DNA of 64,000 bases, from the NCBI RefSeq assembly GCF_024502345.1, contig NZ_JALDNN010000001.1, one strand, 5' to 3'. The stretch is from Escherichia coli (lineage in GTDB: Bacteria > Pseudomonadota > Gammaproteobacteria > Enterobacterales > Enterobacteriaceae). The translations under genes were made by a program, and so were the position numbers. The notes beneath the pieces are model-generated. The model saw nothing but the letters and a program-made list of their open reading frames with translations. It searched no databases and was not told the DNA's origin. Numbering within the stretch: position 1 is the first letter of the stretch; every line of letters starts with the position of its first letter. Below are positions 32,231 through 43,391 of the stretch, piece after piece.

Positions 32231-33220
32231 CTACTCTTCTTCGTTCCCGCCCTCTTCATACGGGCCAAATGGCTTCGCGGGCAGAACGATATACGTGCCT
32301 TCAAACACTGCACCCGGCGTCTCGTCGCCAAAGATTTCAACTTGCATCTGCACCCGTGCTTTTCGTCCGCGCGCCAGACGGTCGAGATCGCCGCTTAAGG
32401 CACCAAGGTCGGCTACCGCATGGGGTTTACCGCTAATCGGTTTGCTGTAGCGGATATGCGCATCCGCCAGAATAATCGTTCCGCCGAGGTGGCGTTCACG
32501 CAGCATCAGCCAGATAAGCCCCCAACCGGTGAGCGTCGCCAGCGAGAATAAACTCCCGGCAAACAGCGTATGGTGCGGATTCTGATTGCCGGTTTCCGGC
32601 ATGGTGGTGATAAATTTTTGCCCGGTATATTGTTGAATACGCACGCCCATTTTTTCACTAAGCGGGATATGTTCGTACCACGCCTGTTGCAGCTGCGCGC
32701 ACCAGTCGCCGCGATGCAAAATATCATCCAGAGTGGCGACGGGCTTAATCATCAAAAAATGGCGAATCGGCGTGGTGGTTGGCGTGGTGATTTCTCCCTG
32801 ATTAACAAACCCCAGCTTGGCGAAAAACTCCACCGCGTCTTCACGGGCGCTACAGGTCACGCGCTTAACGCCTTCCTGACGCGCCACCGACTCTAGGGTC
32901 ATCGCCATCAGCGTTCCTAACCCTTTGTCCTGCACGTCCGGGTGAACGGCCATAAAGCGAATGGACGCTTCATTGTCGGCATTAATATACAGTCGGCCTA
33001 CCGCCACCAGATTACCCTGCTCGTCGACGACCATCTGGTGATGCGCCATCGCATCCCACGCGTCGCGTTCCGAACCTTTTGGTTGATGCAGGGGCTTACG
33101 CAACATTTCCCAGCGAAACTGATAGTAACGCTCTAATTCTTCTTCTGTTTGTGGAACCCGAAGGTGATACATAGCGATACTCTCTCTTGTTTCCCGTGAC
33201 AACCCTGGAAGCTGGCTCAT
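32231..33220 (-). CDS. yiiD: GNAT acetyltransferase / thioesterase fusion protein YiiD (FabY), 329 aa
   Basis: [49 protein letters not shown]... Confidence 0.9.
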
Positions 33221-33654
33221 ACCTGCAACCAGAATGTCACGGGGCCATCATTGACCAGCGATACCTGCATATCCGCAGCGAAGCGTCCTGTTTGCGTGTT
33301 CATCTCTTGCTGACGGCAGCGTTCGACGAAATAGTCATATAACGCCTCTGCGCGATCCGGTGATGCACCTTTGGAGAAACTTGGGCGCATCCCCCGTTCG
33401 GTATCTGCGGCGAGGGTAAACTGGGAAACCACCAGCACACTGCCGCCCGCCTGTTGCACGTTGAGATTCATCTTGCCTTCGGCATCGCTAAAGATGCGGT
33501 AGCCGAGCACACGCTCGCACAGACGGTTTGCTTTCTGTTCGTCGTCATCCTTTTCGACACCCAATAACACCAAAAGTCCCGCGCCAATTTCGCCCGTCAC
33601 TTCTCCCTCCACGGTGACGCTGGCACGGGTTACGCGTTGAATTAATGCAATCAT
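33217..33654 (-). CDS. dtd: D-aminoacyl-tRNA deacylase, 145 aa
   Basis: [48 protein letters not shown]...; 4-bp overlap with yiiD and yihY. Confidence 0.95.
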
Positions 33655-34523
33655 GGTTCGTCGTCTTCTTCTTGTTCAGCTGCTTGTTTTAGTTTGCGGT
33701 ATTCCCCGAGAGTGACAGTAATTTCCGCGCCAAGCAAGACGATACACCATGTCCAGTAGACCCAAACAAAGAGAATGGGGATCACCGCCAGCACACCGTA
33801 AATGAGCTGATATGAGGGGAACATGGTGATATAAAGCGCGAAACCTTTCTTTCCTGCTTCGAACAGGAGTGCAGCAACAAACGCGCCGACAATCGCGTCG
33901 CGGTTAGGTACGCGGATGGTTGGAACAATGCTGTACAGCAACCAGAAGGAGATCCACGACAACAGCAGCGGAAAAATACGCAGCACGTTGTCGATGACAG
34001 TATTGAGATCGCTCGCCCAGCGCAGGGAGAGCAAATAGGAACTGATCGCCAGACTGGCCCCTGCCAGCAGCGGCCCCAGCGTTAAAATCATCCAGTACAC
34101 GGCGAACGAGTAAATTTTTGGTCGAGCTCGTTTACTGCGCCAGATGGTATTCAACGCGCTATCGATGGAGTACATCAACAATAACGCGGTGACGATCAGC
34201 CCGCACGCCCCAACGGCGGTCATCTTGTTGGAATTGGCAACAAATTGTTCGATATACCGCTGAATAACATCGCCAGTAGCAGGCAGAAAGTTGGCAAAAA
34301 TAAAGTGACGCAACTGAATGCTGACGTCGGAAAACATGGGAAAAGCGGCGAAAAGCGCAAAAACAACGGCAACCAGCGGCACTAATGAGAGCAACGACAC
34401 ATAGGCAAGGTTACCTGCCAGGGTTGTCATGTTGTCCTCATCAATGCGTTGCCAGAGTAGTTTCAGCCAGGCCCATAGCGGACGGGTACGGTGCCTGGCT
34501 TTGTCCTGAATGGTTTTTAGCAT
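33651..34523 (-). CDS. yihY: Inner-membrane protein YihY (formerly called rbn), 290 aa
   Basis: [53 protein letters not shown]..., polytopic. Confidence 0.9.
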
Positions 34524-35116
34524 AACACCTTCGCGAAATAGTCCGGGATGGTGGTTTTATCTTTCACCAGAATACTGGTAATGCCCAGCTGATTAGCTCC
34601 TTCTATATTATCGGCGTTATCGTCGAAAAAGGCCGTATCGCTGGGTGAAAAACCTTCCGCCTGCAAAACATGCTGGTAAATTCGAGCTTCAGGTTTGCGC
34701 ATCCCCAGATCTTGCGACAGATAGATATGGTCAGCAGCATCACGAATTTCCGGGTATTCTTCCGGCCAGAAGGTGGTATGCAGGCGGTTGGTATTGGAAA
34801 GCACCACCACGCGATGCTCCTGCTCACGCAGTTTATGCATGATGGCGATCACTTCCGGGCGCAGCGCAACAAACACCGCCTGCCAGCCGTGAGAGAACTG
34901 CTCGTAGCTTAGCGGTAGAGCCATCTCATGACACAGCGCCTCTGCGAACGCTTCGTCGCTAATTTCCCCGCGCTCATGCTGATGAAACGCCTCCCCCATA
35001 TGAAAACTCTTCTTAAGCGATGCCAGCGGAATACGCGTTAAATCGCTCCAGGCTCCCAGCACACGGTTAAAGTCGATATCGACAATCACATTACCTAAAT
35101 CAAAGATATAGAGCAT
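34517..35116 (-). CDS. yihX: HAD-family alpha-D-glucose-1-phosphate phosphatase, 199 aa
   Basis: ORF 34517..35137; recognised start [19 protein letters not shown] (HAD motif I DxGxV). Confidence 0.85.
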
Positions 35117-35226
35117 TTTTGCCTCCTTTCGCGCCACAAGAAATTAACTGTAGCGGGAAAGGATGGGTTTGGCTATGTGGCAAGGTATGAAGCCAGGTCA
35201 ACGGTCACAAAAATCTACGCGTCTTC

Positions 35227-36000
35227 CTAGGGAAGAATGATTTCAATTTGGCTGTCTTGTAAGCGTGATTTTAGCGCAGCGGGCGGCAGCTCGTCGGTGA
35301 AGAGCGCGGTGACCTGTGCCACGTTACCAATTTCAACCGCCGCCGAAGCATGATACTTAGTGTGATCGGCGACCAGCAGGATATTTCTCGCGTGCGCCAT
35401 CATCGTTTTCACCACGTTAGCTTCGTTTACATCAAACTCCATCAACGCGCCATCGCTCTCGATTGCGCCTACGCTTGTTACCAGATAATCAGCACGAAAA
35501 TCGGCCACAAAGGACGCCGCTGAAGGGCCAATGATCCCGCTATTATGAGAGCGCAACGTACCGCCGGGCACCATCACTTCAAAGCGCGGGTTGTGGTAAA
35601 GAATATGCGCCACACGCAGGCTGTTGGTGATTATCCGCAAATGATTATGGTTAAGTAACGCCCGGGCGACATGCTCAACGGTCGTACCAATGGTGATAAA
35701 TATTGTTGAACCATCAGGAATATAGTCTGCCACCGCTTCGGCAATCGCTTTTTTTTCCTCGGTTTGCGAAACCTCACGCTGCTCGAACGCCGTATTAACG
35801 ACGCTGGAAGCCCGACCCGCGCCACCGTGATGGCGCGTAATCAGGCCTTGCTCGCTTAATTTACGAATATCCCGGCGCACCGTCTGCGTGGAGACATCCA
35901 GCAGATTTGCCAGCTCATCAATATTCATATACCCACGCTCGGCGATCAGCATGAGGAGTTGGTCGTGCCGCGGGTTACCGGTTAGTTCGGTAAGGCTCAT
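35227..36000 (-). CDS. yihW: DeoR-family repressor of the sulfoquinovose cluster (CsqR/YihW), about 257 aa
   Basis: ORF 35227..36024; start placed at internal Met MSLTELTGNPRHDQLLMLIAERGYMNIDELANLL by recollection of the K-12 protein. Confidence 0.8.
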   Translation of the reverse strand: MSLTELTGNPRHDQLLMLIAERGYMNIDELANLLDVSTQTVRRDIRKLSEQGLITRHHGGAGRASSVVNTAFEQREVSQTEEKKAIAEAVADYIPDGSTIFITIGTTVEHVARALLNHNHLRIITNSLRVAHILYHNPRFEVMVPGGTLRSHNSGIIGPSAASFVADFRADYLVTSVGAIESDGALMEFDVNEANVVKTMMAHARNILLVADHTKYHASAAVEIGNVAQVTALFTDELPPAALKSRLQDSQIEIILP

Positions 36001-36033
36001 GAAAATTCCTCGAAAAACCATCACCCTGGCATT

Positions 36034-36930
36034 TTATACAAAAAGTGACAAAAAAGATCGGGTTTGATCACAGTCAGGGATCCCGGCTCGTCCACCGGGA
36101 CGCGTGCATTTCAACGCCGCTACACCGCTGGCGAAGCGGACTGACTCCGCTAAATCCCCACCTGTTGCCAGCGCCACCGCCAATGCGCCGTGAAAAACAT
36201 CACCCGCACCTGTGGTATCTACCACATCAACTTTGAAGGCCGGTTGATGTTGACGCCCGCCATTTTCCAGCCAGTCACAGCCTGCGCTGCCCTGGGTCAC
36301 ATAGACATGACCATTTGTGAGCGTTTGTGCCTGTTTTAGCGCACTGGCCATCTCTTTCACACCCGTTAAGCGCGCCAGACCCGGTTCTGAAAAGGCCGCA
36401 TGATCGCTTAATGCCACCAGCTCGCTGATATCCTGCGGCGTAATATCACCGTCCAGAACGGTCATCACGCCCGCCTGCCGGGCCAGAGTGAAGGCTTTTT
36501 TAGCGCCGTCGTGCCAGCGTACATCTGCCAGCACAACATCCCACTGAGAGAAATCAATTTCCTCCAACCACTCTGCGTCAGGCAGCAGGTCCGGGCTGGG
36601 GTAGTTAATGATTATCCGCTCGCCTGTGGCATCCACCATGATGGCGGATTGCGATGATTTCGCCTGGTTATACCGTTTGGTGTAACGGGTGTTAACGCCC
36701 CAGGATTCCAGCTCTGCCAGCAGGCTGTTGCCCGTGTCGTCATCACCTACGCGACCCATAAAATCAACCTGCGCCCCCAGCCTTGCCGCCGCAACCGCTG
36801 CCGTCGCCGCTGGCCCGCCACCAACTTCCGTATAATTTCTCGCCACGTATTTACCGCTCTCCGTCGGTAACCCTTCCACGTAATAGATGCGATCCATCAC
36901 GGTTATACCTACACAAGCAACACGAATCAT
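36034..36930 (-). CDS. yihV: Sulfofructose kinase (PfkB family), 298 aa
   Basis: ORF 36034..36936; MIRVACVGITVMDRIYYVEGLPTESGKYVA..., ribokinase-like GAGD motif. Confidence 0.85.
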   Translation of the reverse strand: MIRVACVGITVMDRIYYVEGLPTESGKYVARNYTEVGGGPAATAAVAAARLGAQVDFMGRVGDDDTGNSLLAELESWGVNTRYTKRYNQAKSSQSAIMVDATGERIIINYPSPDLLPDAEWLEEIDFSQWDVVLADVRWHDGAKKAFTLARQAGVMTVLDGDITPQDISELVALSDHAAFSEPGLARLTGVKEMASALKQAQTLTNGHVYVTQGSAGCDWLENGGRQHQPAFKVDVVDTTGAGDVFHGALAVALATGGDLAESVRFASGVAALKCTRPGGRAGIPDCDQTRSFLSLFV

Positions 36931-37097
36931 GGTCATTCCTTAAACATTTTGGGATGCGTTCATTTTAATTTCACCAATTGTTTAAAAAGTGACGGCTGTC
37001 AATTTTTTGACTATAAATTACAAATACGATCAAAAACAGACAATCAAAGCGTGTCATAAATGACAAAAAGTGACATCGCTGTATTCAGGAGAAGGTT

Positions 37098-37994
37098 ATG
37101 GCAGCAATCGCGTTTATCGGTTTAGGACAAATGGGTTCGCCAATGGCGAGCAATTTATTGCAGCAAGGGCACCAACTTCGCGTCTTTGATGTGAATGCCG
37201 AGGCTGTGCGGCATCTGGTAGACAAAGGCGCGACTCCCGCCGCCAACCCGGCGCAGGCCGCTAAAGATGCCGAATTTATCATTACCATGTTGCCGAATGG
37301 CGATCTGGTGCGCAGCGTGTTGTTCGGTGAGAACGGCGTTTGCGAAAGCTTATCTACCGATGCGCTGGTCATTGATATGTCGACCATCCATCCGCTGCAA
37401 ACCGATAAATTGATTGCCGATATGCAAGCCAAAGGCTTCAGCATGATGGATGTTCCGGTAGGCCGTACTTCTGCAAATGCCATTACCGGTACTCTGTTAC
37501 TGCTGGCTGGCGGCACCGCTGAACAAGTTGAACGTGCCACGCCGATCCTGATGGCGATGGGCAGTGAGTTGATCAACGCTGGCGGTCCGGGCATGGGGAT
37601 CCGCGTTAAGCTCATCAACAACTATATGAGCATCGCACTCAATGCGCTTTCGGCAGAAGCTGCCGTTTTGTGCGAAGCCCTGAATCTTCCCTTCGATGTT
37701 GCCGTCAAAGTGATGAGCGGTACCGCCGCCGGTAAAGGCCACTTCACCACTTCCTGGCCAAACAAAGTCCTCAGCGGAGATCTTTCTCCCGCCTTCATGA
37801 TCGATCTTGCCCATAAGGATCTTGGCATCGCCCTTGATGTCGCCAACCAGCTGCATGTGCCAATGCCGCTGGGGGCCGCCTCACGGGAGGTTTATAGCCA
37901 GGCGCGCGCAGCGGGTCGCGGTCGCCAGGACTGGTCCGCCATTCTGGAACAGGTCCGTGTCAGTGCCGGGATGACTGCCAAAGTAAAAATGTAA
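37098..37994 (+). CDS. yihU: 3-sulfolactaldehyde reductase, 298 aa
   Basis: [40 protein letters not shown]..., NAD-binding GLGxMG. Confidence 0.9.
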   Translation: MAAIAFIGLGQMGSPMASNLLQQGHQLRVFDVNAEAVRHLVDKGATPAANPAQAAKDAEFIITMLPNGDLVRSVLFGENGVCESLSTDALVIDMSTIHPLQTDKLIADMQAKGFSMMDVPVGRTSANAITGTLLLLAGGTAEQVERATPILMAMGSELINAGGPGMGIRVKLINNYMSIALNALSAEAAVLCEALNLPFDVAVKVMSGTAAGKGHFTTSWPNKVLSGDLSPAFMIDLAHKDLGIALDVANQLHVPMPLGAASREVYSQARAAGRGRQDWSAILEQVRVSAGMTAKVKM

Positions 37995-38017
37995 CGACTG
38001 GATAAAGGAATAAATGA

Positions 38018-38896
38018 ATGAATAAGTACACCATCAACGACATTACGCGCGCATCGGGCGGTTTTGCCATGCTGGCGGTCGATCAGCGCGAAGCCATGCG
38101 CATGATGTTTGCCGCGGCTGGGGCACCCGCTCCGGTAGCCGATAGCGTTTTAACTGATTTCAAAGTTAACGCGGCGAAGACCCTCTCGCCTTATGCCTCG
38201 GCGATTCTGGTAGATCAACAATTCTGTTACCGCCAGGTGGTTGAGCAAAACGCGATTGCCAAAAGTTGCGCCATGATTGTCGCCGCCGATGAGTTCATTC
38301 CTGGCAACGGTATTCCGGTAGATAGCGTGGTCATTGACCGCAAAATCAATCCGCTACAGATCAAACAAGACGGTGGCAAAGCCTTAAAACTGCTGGTGCT
38401 GTGGCGTAGTGATGAAGATGCGCAGCAACGCCTGGATATGGTGAAAGAGTTTAACGAACTGTGCCACTCACACGGCCTGGTAAGCATTATTGAGCCAGTC
38501 GTCCGCCCACCACGTCGTGGCGATAAATTCGATCGCGAACAAGCGATCATCGATGCCGCCAAAGAGCTGGGCGACAGTGGCGCTGACCTCTACAAAGTTG
38601 AAATGCCGCTTTACGGTAAAGGTCCGCAACAAGAGCTTCTCAGTGCTTCACAACGTCTGAATAACCATATCAATATGCCGTGGGTGATCCTCTCTTCCGG
38701 TGTCGACGAAAAACTGTTCCCGCGTGCCGTACGCGTGGCAATGACAGCGGGTGCATCGGGCTTCCTGGCTGGTCGTGCCGTCTGGGCATCGGTCGTCGGT
38801 TTACCAGACAACGAGTTGATGCTGCGTGACGTTTGTGCACCGAAATTACAACAACTGGGCGATATCGTCGACGAAATGATGGCTAAACGCCGTTAA
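38018..38896 (+). CDS. yihT: Sulfofructose-phosphate aldolase, 292 aa
   Basis: [34 protein letters not shown]... Confidence 0.9.
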   Translation: MNKYTINDITRASGGFAMLAVDQREAMRMMFAAAGAPAPVADSVLTDFKVNAAKTLSPYASAILVDQQFCYRQVVEQNAIAKSCAMIVAADEFIPGNGIPVDSVVIDRKINPLQIKQDGGKALKLLVLWRSDEDAQQRLDMVKEFNELCHSHGLVSIIEPVVRPPRRGDKFDREQAIIDAAKELGDSGADLYKVEMPLYGKGPQQELLSASQRLNNHINMPWVILSSGVDEKLFPRAVRVAMTAGASGFLAGRAVWASVVGLPDNELMLRDVCAPKLQQLGDIVDEMMAKRR

Positions 38897-38911
38897 GATG
38901 GGGATACAAAA

Positions 38912-40153
38912 ATGAAATGGTTTAACACTTTAAGTCACAACCGTTGGCTGGAACAGGAAACCGATCGCATCTTTGATTTTGGTAAAAATTCCGTAGTACC
39001 GACCGGATTTGGCTGGTTAGGCAATAAAGGGCAAATCAAAGAAGAGATGGGCACCCATCTGTGGATCACAGCTCGTATGTTGCACGTTTATTCCGTTGCT
39101 GCGGCGATGGGTCGACCTGGCGCTTACTCGTTGGTTGATCACGGTATTAAAGCCATGAACGGCGCACTGCGCGATAAAAAATATGGCGGCTGGTATGCCT
39201 GTGTGAATGACGAGGGCGTGGTGGATGCCTCCAAACAGGGCTATCAACATTTCTTTGCTCTGCTGGGTGCTGCCAGCGCCGTCACTACCGGTCATCCGGA
39301 AGCGCGCAAGCTGCTCGATTACACCATTGAAATTATCGAGAAATACTTCTGGAGCGAAGAAGAGCAGATGTGCCTGGAGTCCTGGGACGAAGCCTTCAGC
39401 AAAACCGAAGAGTACCGCGGCGGCAATGCCAATATGCACGCAGTGGAAGCTTTCTTAATTGTTTATGACGTAACGCATGACAAAAAATGGCTGGATCGCG
39501 CGATTCGCGTGGCTTCCGTGATTATCCACGACGTCGCAAGAAATAATCATTATCGCGTTAACGAACACTTCGATACCCAGTGGAATCCGCTGCCGGATTA
39601 CAACAAAGATAACCCGGCGCACCGCTTCCGCGCGTTCGGAGGTACACCAGGCCACTGGATCGAATGGGGCCGTTTAATGCTGCACATCCACGCGGCCCTG
39701 GAAGCCCGTTGCGAACAACCGCCAGCATGGTTGCTAGAAGATGCCAAAGGTCTGTTTAACGCCACCGTGCGTGATGCCTGGGCACCCGATGGTGCGGACG
39801 GGATTGTTTATACCGTTGACTGGGAAGGAAAACCGGTGGTCCGCGAACGTGTGCGTTGGCCTATCGTCGAAGCGATAGGTACGGCCTACGCGCTCTACAC
39901 CGTCACCGGCGATCGCCAGTATGAAACCTGGTATCAGACATGGTGGGACTACTGCATTAAGTACCTGATGGACTATGAAAATGGTTCCTGGTGGCAGGAG
40001 CTGGATGCGGACAATAAAGTCACCACGAAAGTCTGGGACGGCAAACAGGATATTTATCACCTGCTGCATTGCCTGGTGATCCCGCGTATCCCGTTAGCGC
40101 CAGGCCTGGCTCCGGCAGTTGCGGCGGGTCTGCTGGATATTAACGCGAAATAA
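38912..40153 (+). CDS. yihS: Sulfoquinovose isomerase (AGE-family epimerase/isomerase), 413 aa
   Basis: [43 protein letters not shown]... Confidence 0.9.
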   Translation: MKWFNTLSHNRWLEQETDRIFDFGKNSVVPTGFGWLGNKGQIKEEMGTHLWITARMLHVYSVAAAMGRPGAYSLVDHGIKAMNGALRDKKYGGWYACVNDEGVVDASKQGYQHFFALLGAASAVTTGHPEARKLLDYTIEIIEKYFWSEEEQMCLESWDEAFSKTEEYRGGNANMHAVEAFLIVYDVTHDKKWLDRAIRVASVIIHDVARNNHYRVNEHFDTQWNPLPDYNKDNPAHRFRAFGGTPGHWIEWGRLMLHIHAALEARCEQPPAWLLEDAKGLFNATVRDAWAPDGADGIVYTVDWEGKPVVRERVRWPIVEAIGTAYALYTVTGDRQYETWYQTWWDYCIKYLMDYENGSWWQELDADNKVTTKVWDGKQDIYHLLHCLVIPRIPLAPGLAPAVAAGLLDINAK

Positions 40154-40333
40154 CTGACTAAAAAAAAACGACATATCAGGCTGCACGCCGGGTATGTCGT
40201 TATTCAATAAAGGTACCTCGTATGCAAATCACCAACATGCATTGCAGTGGACAGACCGTTTCACTTGCCGCGGGGGATTATCACGCGACCATTGTGACCG
40301 TCGGTGCAGGTCTGGCTGAATTAACCTTTCAGG

Positions 40334-41554
40334 TGTAGATTCAATTGGTCAACGCAACAGTTATGTGAAAACATGGGGTTGCGGAGGTTTTTTGAATGAG
40401 ACGAACATTTACAGCAGAGGAAAAAGCCTCTGTTTTTGAACTATGGAAGAACGGAACAGGCTTCAGTGAAATAGCGAATATCCTGGGTTCAAAACCCGGA
40501 ACGATCTTCACTATGTTAAGGGATACTGGCGGCATAAAACCCCATGAGCGTAAGCGGGCTGTAGCTCACCTGACACTGTCTGAGCGCGAGGAGATACGAG
40601 CTGGTTTGTCAGCCAAAATGAGCATTCGTGCGATAGCTACTGCGCTGAATCGCAGTCCTTCGACGATCTCACGTGAAGTTCAGCGTAATCGGGGCAGACG
40701 CTATTACAAAGCTGTTGATGCTAATAACCGAGCCAACAGAATGGCGAAAAGGCCAAAACCGTGCTTACTGGATCAAAATTTACCATTGCGAAAGCTTGTT
40801 CTGGAAAAGCTGGAGATGAAATGGTCTCCAGAGCAAATATCAGGATGGTTAAGGCGAACAAAACCACGTCAAAAAACGCTGCGAATATCACCTGAGACAA
40901 TTTATAAAACGCTGTACTTTCGTAGCCGTGAAGCGCTACACCACCTGAATATACAGCATCTGCGACGGTCGCATAGCCTTCGCCATGGCAGGCGTCATAC
41001 CCGCAAAGGCGAAAGAGGTACGATTAACATAGTGAACGGAACACCAATTCACGAACGTTCCCGAAATATCGATAACAGACGCTCTCTGGGGCATTGGGAG
41101 GGCGATTTAGTCTCAGGTACAAAAAACTCTCATATAGCCACACTTGTAGACCGAAAATCACGTTATACGATCATCCTTAGACTCAGGGGCAAAGATTCTG
41201 TCTCAGTAAATCAGGCTCTTACCGACAAATTCCTGAGTTTACCGTCAGAACTCAGAAAATCACTGACATGGGACAGAGGAATGGAACTGGCCAGACATCT
41301 AGAATTTACTGTCAGCACCGGCGTTAAAGTTTACTTCTGCGATCCTCAGAGTCCTTGGCAGCGGGGAACAAATGAGAACACAAATGGGCTAATTCGGCAG
41401 TACTTTCCTAAAAAGACATGTCTTGCCCAATATACTCAACATGAACTAGATCTGGTTGCTGCTCAGCTAAACAACAGACCGAGAAAGACACTGAAGTTCA
41501 AAACACCGAAAGAGATAATTGAAAGGGGTGTTGCATTGACAGATTGAATCTACA
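40334..41554 (+). mobile_element. IS30 insertion sequence, 1221 bp, with 2-bp target-site duplication GG
   Basis: Terminal inverted repeats tgtagattcaattggtcaacgcaacag (left) and gtgttgcattgacagattgaatctaca (right); GG at 40332-40333 and 41555-41556; contains 383-aa transposase ORF. Confidence 0.92.
40396..41547 (+). CDS. insI: IS30 transposase, 383 aa
   Basis: ORF MRRTFTAEEKASVFELWKNGTGFSEIANILGSKPGTIFTMLRDTGGIKPHERKRAV...; DDE motif region HWEGDLV. Confidence 0.9.
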   Translation: MRRTFTAEEKASVFELWKNGTGFSEIANILGSKPGTIFTMLRDTGGIKPHERKRAVAHLTLSEREEIRAGLSAKMSIRAIATALNRSPSTISREVQRNRGRRYYKAVDANNRANRMAKRPKPCLLDQNLPLRKLVLEKLEMKWSPEQISGWLRRTKPRQKTLRISPETIYKTLYFRSREALHHLNIQHLRRSHSLRHGRRHTRKGERGTINIVNGTPIHERSRNIDNRRSLGHWEGDLVSGTKNSHIATLVDRKSRYTIILRLRGKDSVSVNQALTDKFLSLPSELRKSLTWDRGMELARHLEFTVSTGVKVYFCDPQSPWQRGTNENTNGLIRQYFPKKTCLAQYTQHELDLVAAQLNNRPRKTLKFKTPKEIIERGVALTD

Positions 41555-42407
41555 GGGCTGTCATTTAGTTATTCCACATAAACCCGAAGAGATGCCGCTG
41601 GCACATCTGGGCAAAGTCCTTATTCCGTGGCCGAACCGGATCGCCAACGGCTGTTATCGCTATCAGGGGCAGGAATATCAGTTACCCATTAATGAACATG
41701 GTTCAAAAGCCGCTATTCATGGGCTGCTCGCCTGGCGTGACTGGCAAATCAGCGAATTAACCGCCACCAGCGTTACCCTGACAGCTTTTCTGCCACCCAG
41801 TTACGGCTATCCGTTTATGCTGGCTTCGCAGGTTGTTTATTCGCTCAATGCACGCACGGGTCTTTCCGTTGAGATCGCAAGTCAGAATATTGGTACTGTG
41901 ACCGCACCCTATGGTGTGGGTATTCATCCTTATTTAACCTGCAACTTAACATCTGTTGATGAATATCTGTTCCAGCTTCCGGCAAACCAGGTTTATGCCG
42001 TCGATGAGCACGCTAATCCGACAACGCTTCACCACGTTGATGAGCTGGATTTAAATTTCACGCAGGCGAAAAAAATAGCCGCGACAAAAATCGACCACAC
42101 CTTTAAAACCGCTAATGATCTGTGGGAAATAACCATTACCCATCCACAACAGGCGCTTTCGGTAAGCCTTTGTTCCGATCAACCCTGGGTGCAGATTTAT
42201 AGCGGCGAAAAATTACAGCGTCAGGGACTGGCAGTTGAACCTATGAGTTGCCCACCTAACGCCTTTAATTCAGGTCTCGACTTATTATTACTGGAACCAG
42301 GGAAAACGCACCGCCTGTTTTTTAATATTTACGGGCAGCACAATTAATTTTATTAAGAAAAGAACGAGATCATTGTTTAGGGTTGTATTTACACAACAGG
42401 AAATATC

Positions 42408-43283
42408 ATGGACTTTTTTACGTTATTTTCACCGGATGGGGTCATGCTGGAAACAAACGTGGTATGTATCGTTATCGCGTTAATGTTTCTTTATACCTTT
42501 GTGGGGATATGCGCGGGATTTGGCGGTGGTTTAACCACCATGCCGCTCGTCACGTTAATGCTCCCCGTAAAAATGGCAACTCCGCTCTCGGTGATTGTCG
42601 GCACCGCGACCGCCTTGTACGCCACCTGGCTGTCACGTAAAGAAACGGATTGGCGATCGGCAATGGTACTGATTATTTTCTCGTTTCTGGGAATACCCGT
42701 CGGTTTATATGCGCTGTCATATTTACCCGACCATTTTATGAAAGTGGGCTTAGGCGGATTCCTTATCCTGTACTCCTTTTACAGTATGTTTATTCCACGC
42801 CTGCCGATTTATGACCGCAACTGGATCGCCGCACCTATCGGCGCTGTGGCAGGAGCGTTAGGGGCAGCGTTTTCAACCAACGGACCGCCGATGGTTATCT
42901 ACGGTATGCTGCGTAACTTAGGCCCGGCGGCATTTCGTGGCACTCTGAACGCTTTCTTCACCGCAAACAACATCGCGGTGATCGGCGGGCTGGCGACCAG
43001 CGGAATTTTGACTGTTTCTATCTTTAAACTGGTGCTGTTTTGTATTCCCACCATGATCCTCGGTTCACTGGTTGGACAATATGTGCATAAACGCATTTCA
43101 GTCAAAGTGTTCCGTGTGATGGTCTTTTTGTTGCTGATTGCCTCCGGTTCTATGTTGATAAAAGGCGCGCTGGGAATTCCCGCTGCTGCCGCGCTTCTGC
43201 CTCCTTTTACCTTGTTAGTTATACTGCAACTGGCATTTGGTAAAAAAGTGGCGGCAATCCGCCGGGCTGAAGAAAGTAAATAA
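42408..43283 (+). CDS. TauE/SafE-family (DUF81) membrane permease, putative sulfite/sulfonate exporter, 291 aa
   Basis: ORF MDFFTLFSPDGVMLETNVVCIVIALMFLYTFVGICAGFGGGLTTMPLV...; multiple TM segments with the glycine-rich motif (AGFGGG..P) typical of TauE/SafE proteins; SD aggaaa before ATG. Confidence 0.7.
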   Translation: MDFFTLFSPDGVMLETNVVCIVIALMFLYTFVGICAGFGGGLTTMPLVTLMLPVKMATPLSVIVGTATALYATWLSRKETDWRSAMVLIIFSFLGIPVGLYALSYLPDHFMKVGLGGFLILYSFYSMFIPRLPIYDRNWIAAPIGAVAGALGAAFSTNGPPMVIYGMLRNLGPAAFRGTLNAFFTANNIAVIGGLATSGILTVSIFKLVLFCIPTMILGSLVGQYVHKRISVKVFRVMVFLLLIASGSMLIKGALGIPAAAALLPPFTLLVILQLAFGKKVAAIRRAEESK

Positions 43284-43391
43284 TCACTTATGCGGGTTTT
43301 AATTTATACCAGCACCACATTCTTTAATTAATGAAACCTGTAACAACAGGATGGCATGAAATATTAGCTTTATACTCTATGGAGATTATTT

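Larger units (their letters stand above)
40222..42347 (+). pseudogene. yihR: Aldose-1-epimerase-family mutarotase yihR, interrupted after codon 37 by IS30
   Basis: 40222-40333 encodes MQITNMHCSGQTVSLAAGDYHATIVTVGAGLAELTFQ; reading resumes exactly after the IS at 41555 with GCHLVIPHKPEEMPLAHLGK... (ORF 41544..42347). Confidence 0.85.

Noticed and set aside
40154-40221. Possible terminator after yihS (acgacata...tatgtcgt inverted repeat)
   Set aside because: Short stem with a large loop and no U-run; too weak to call.
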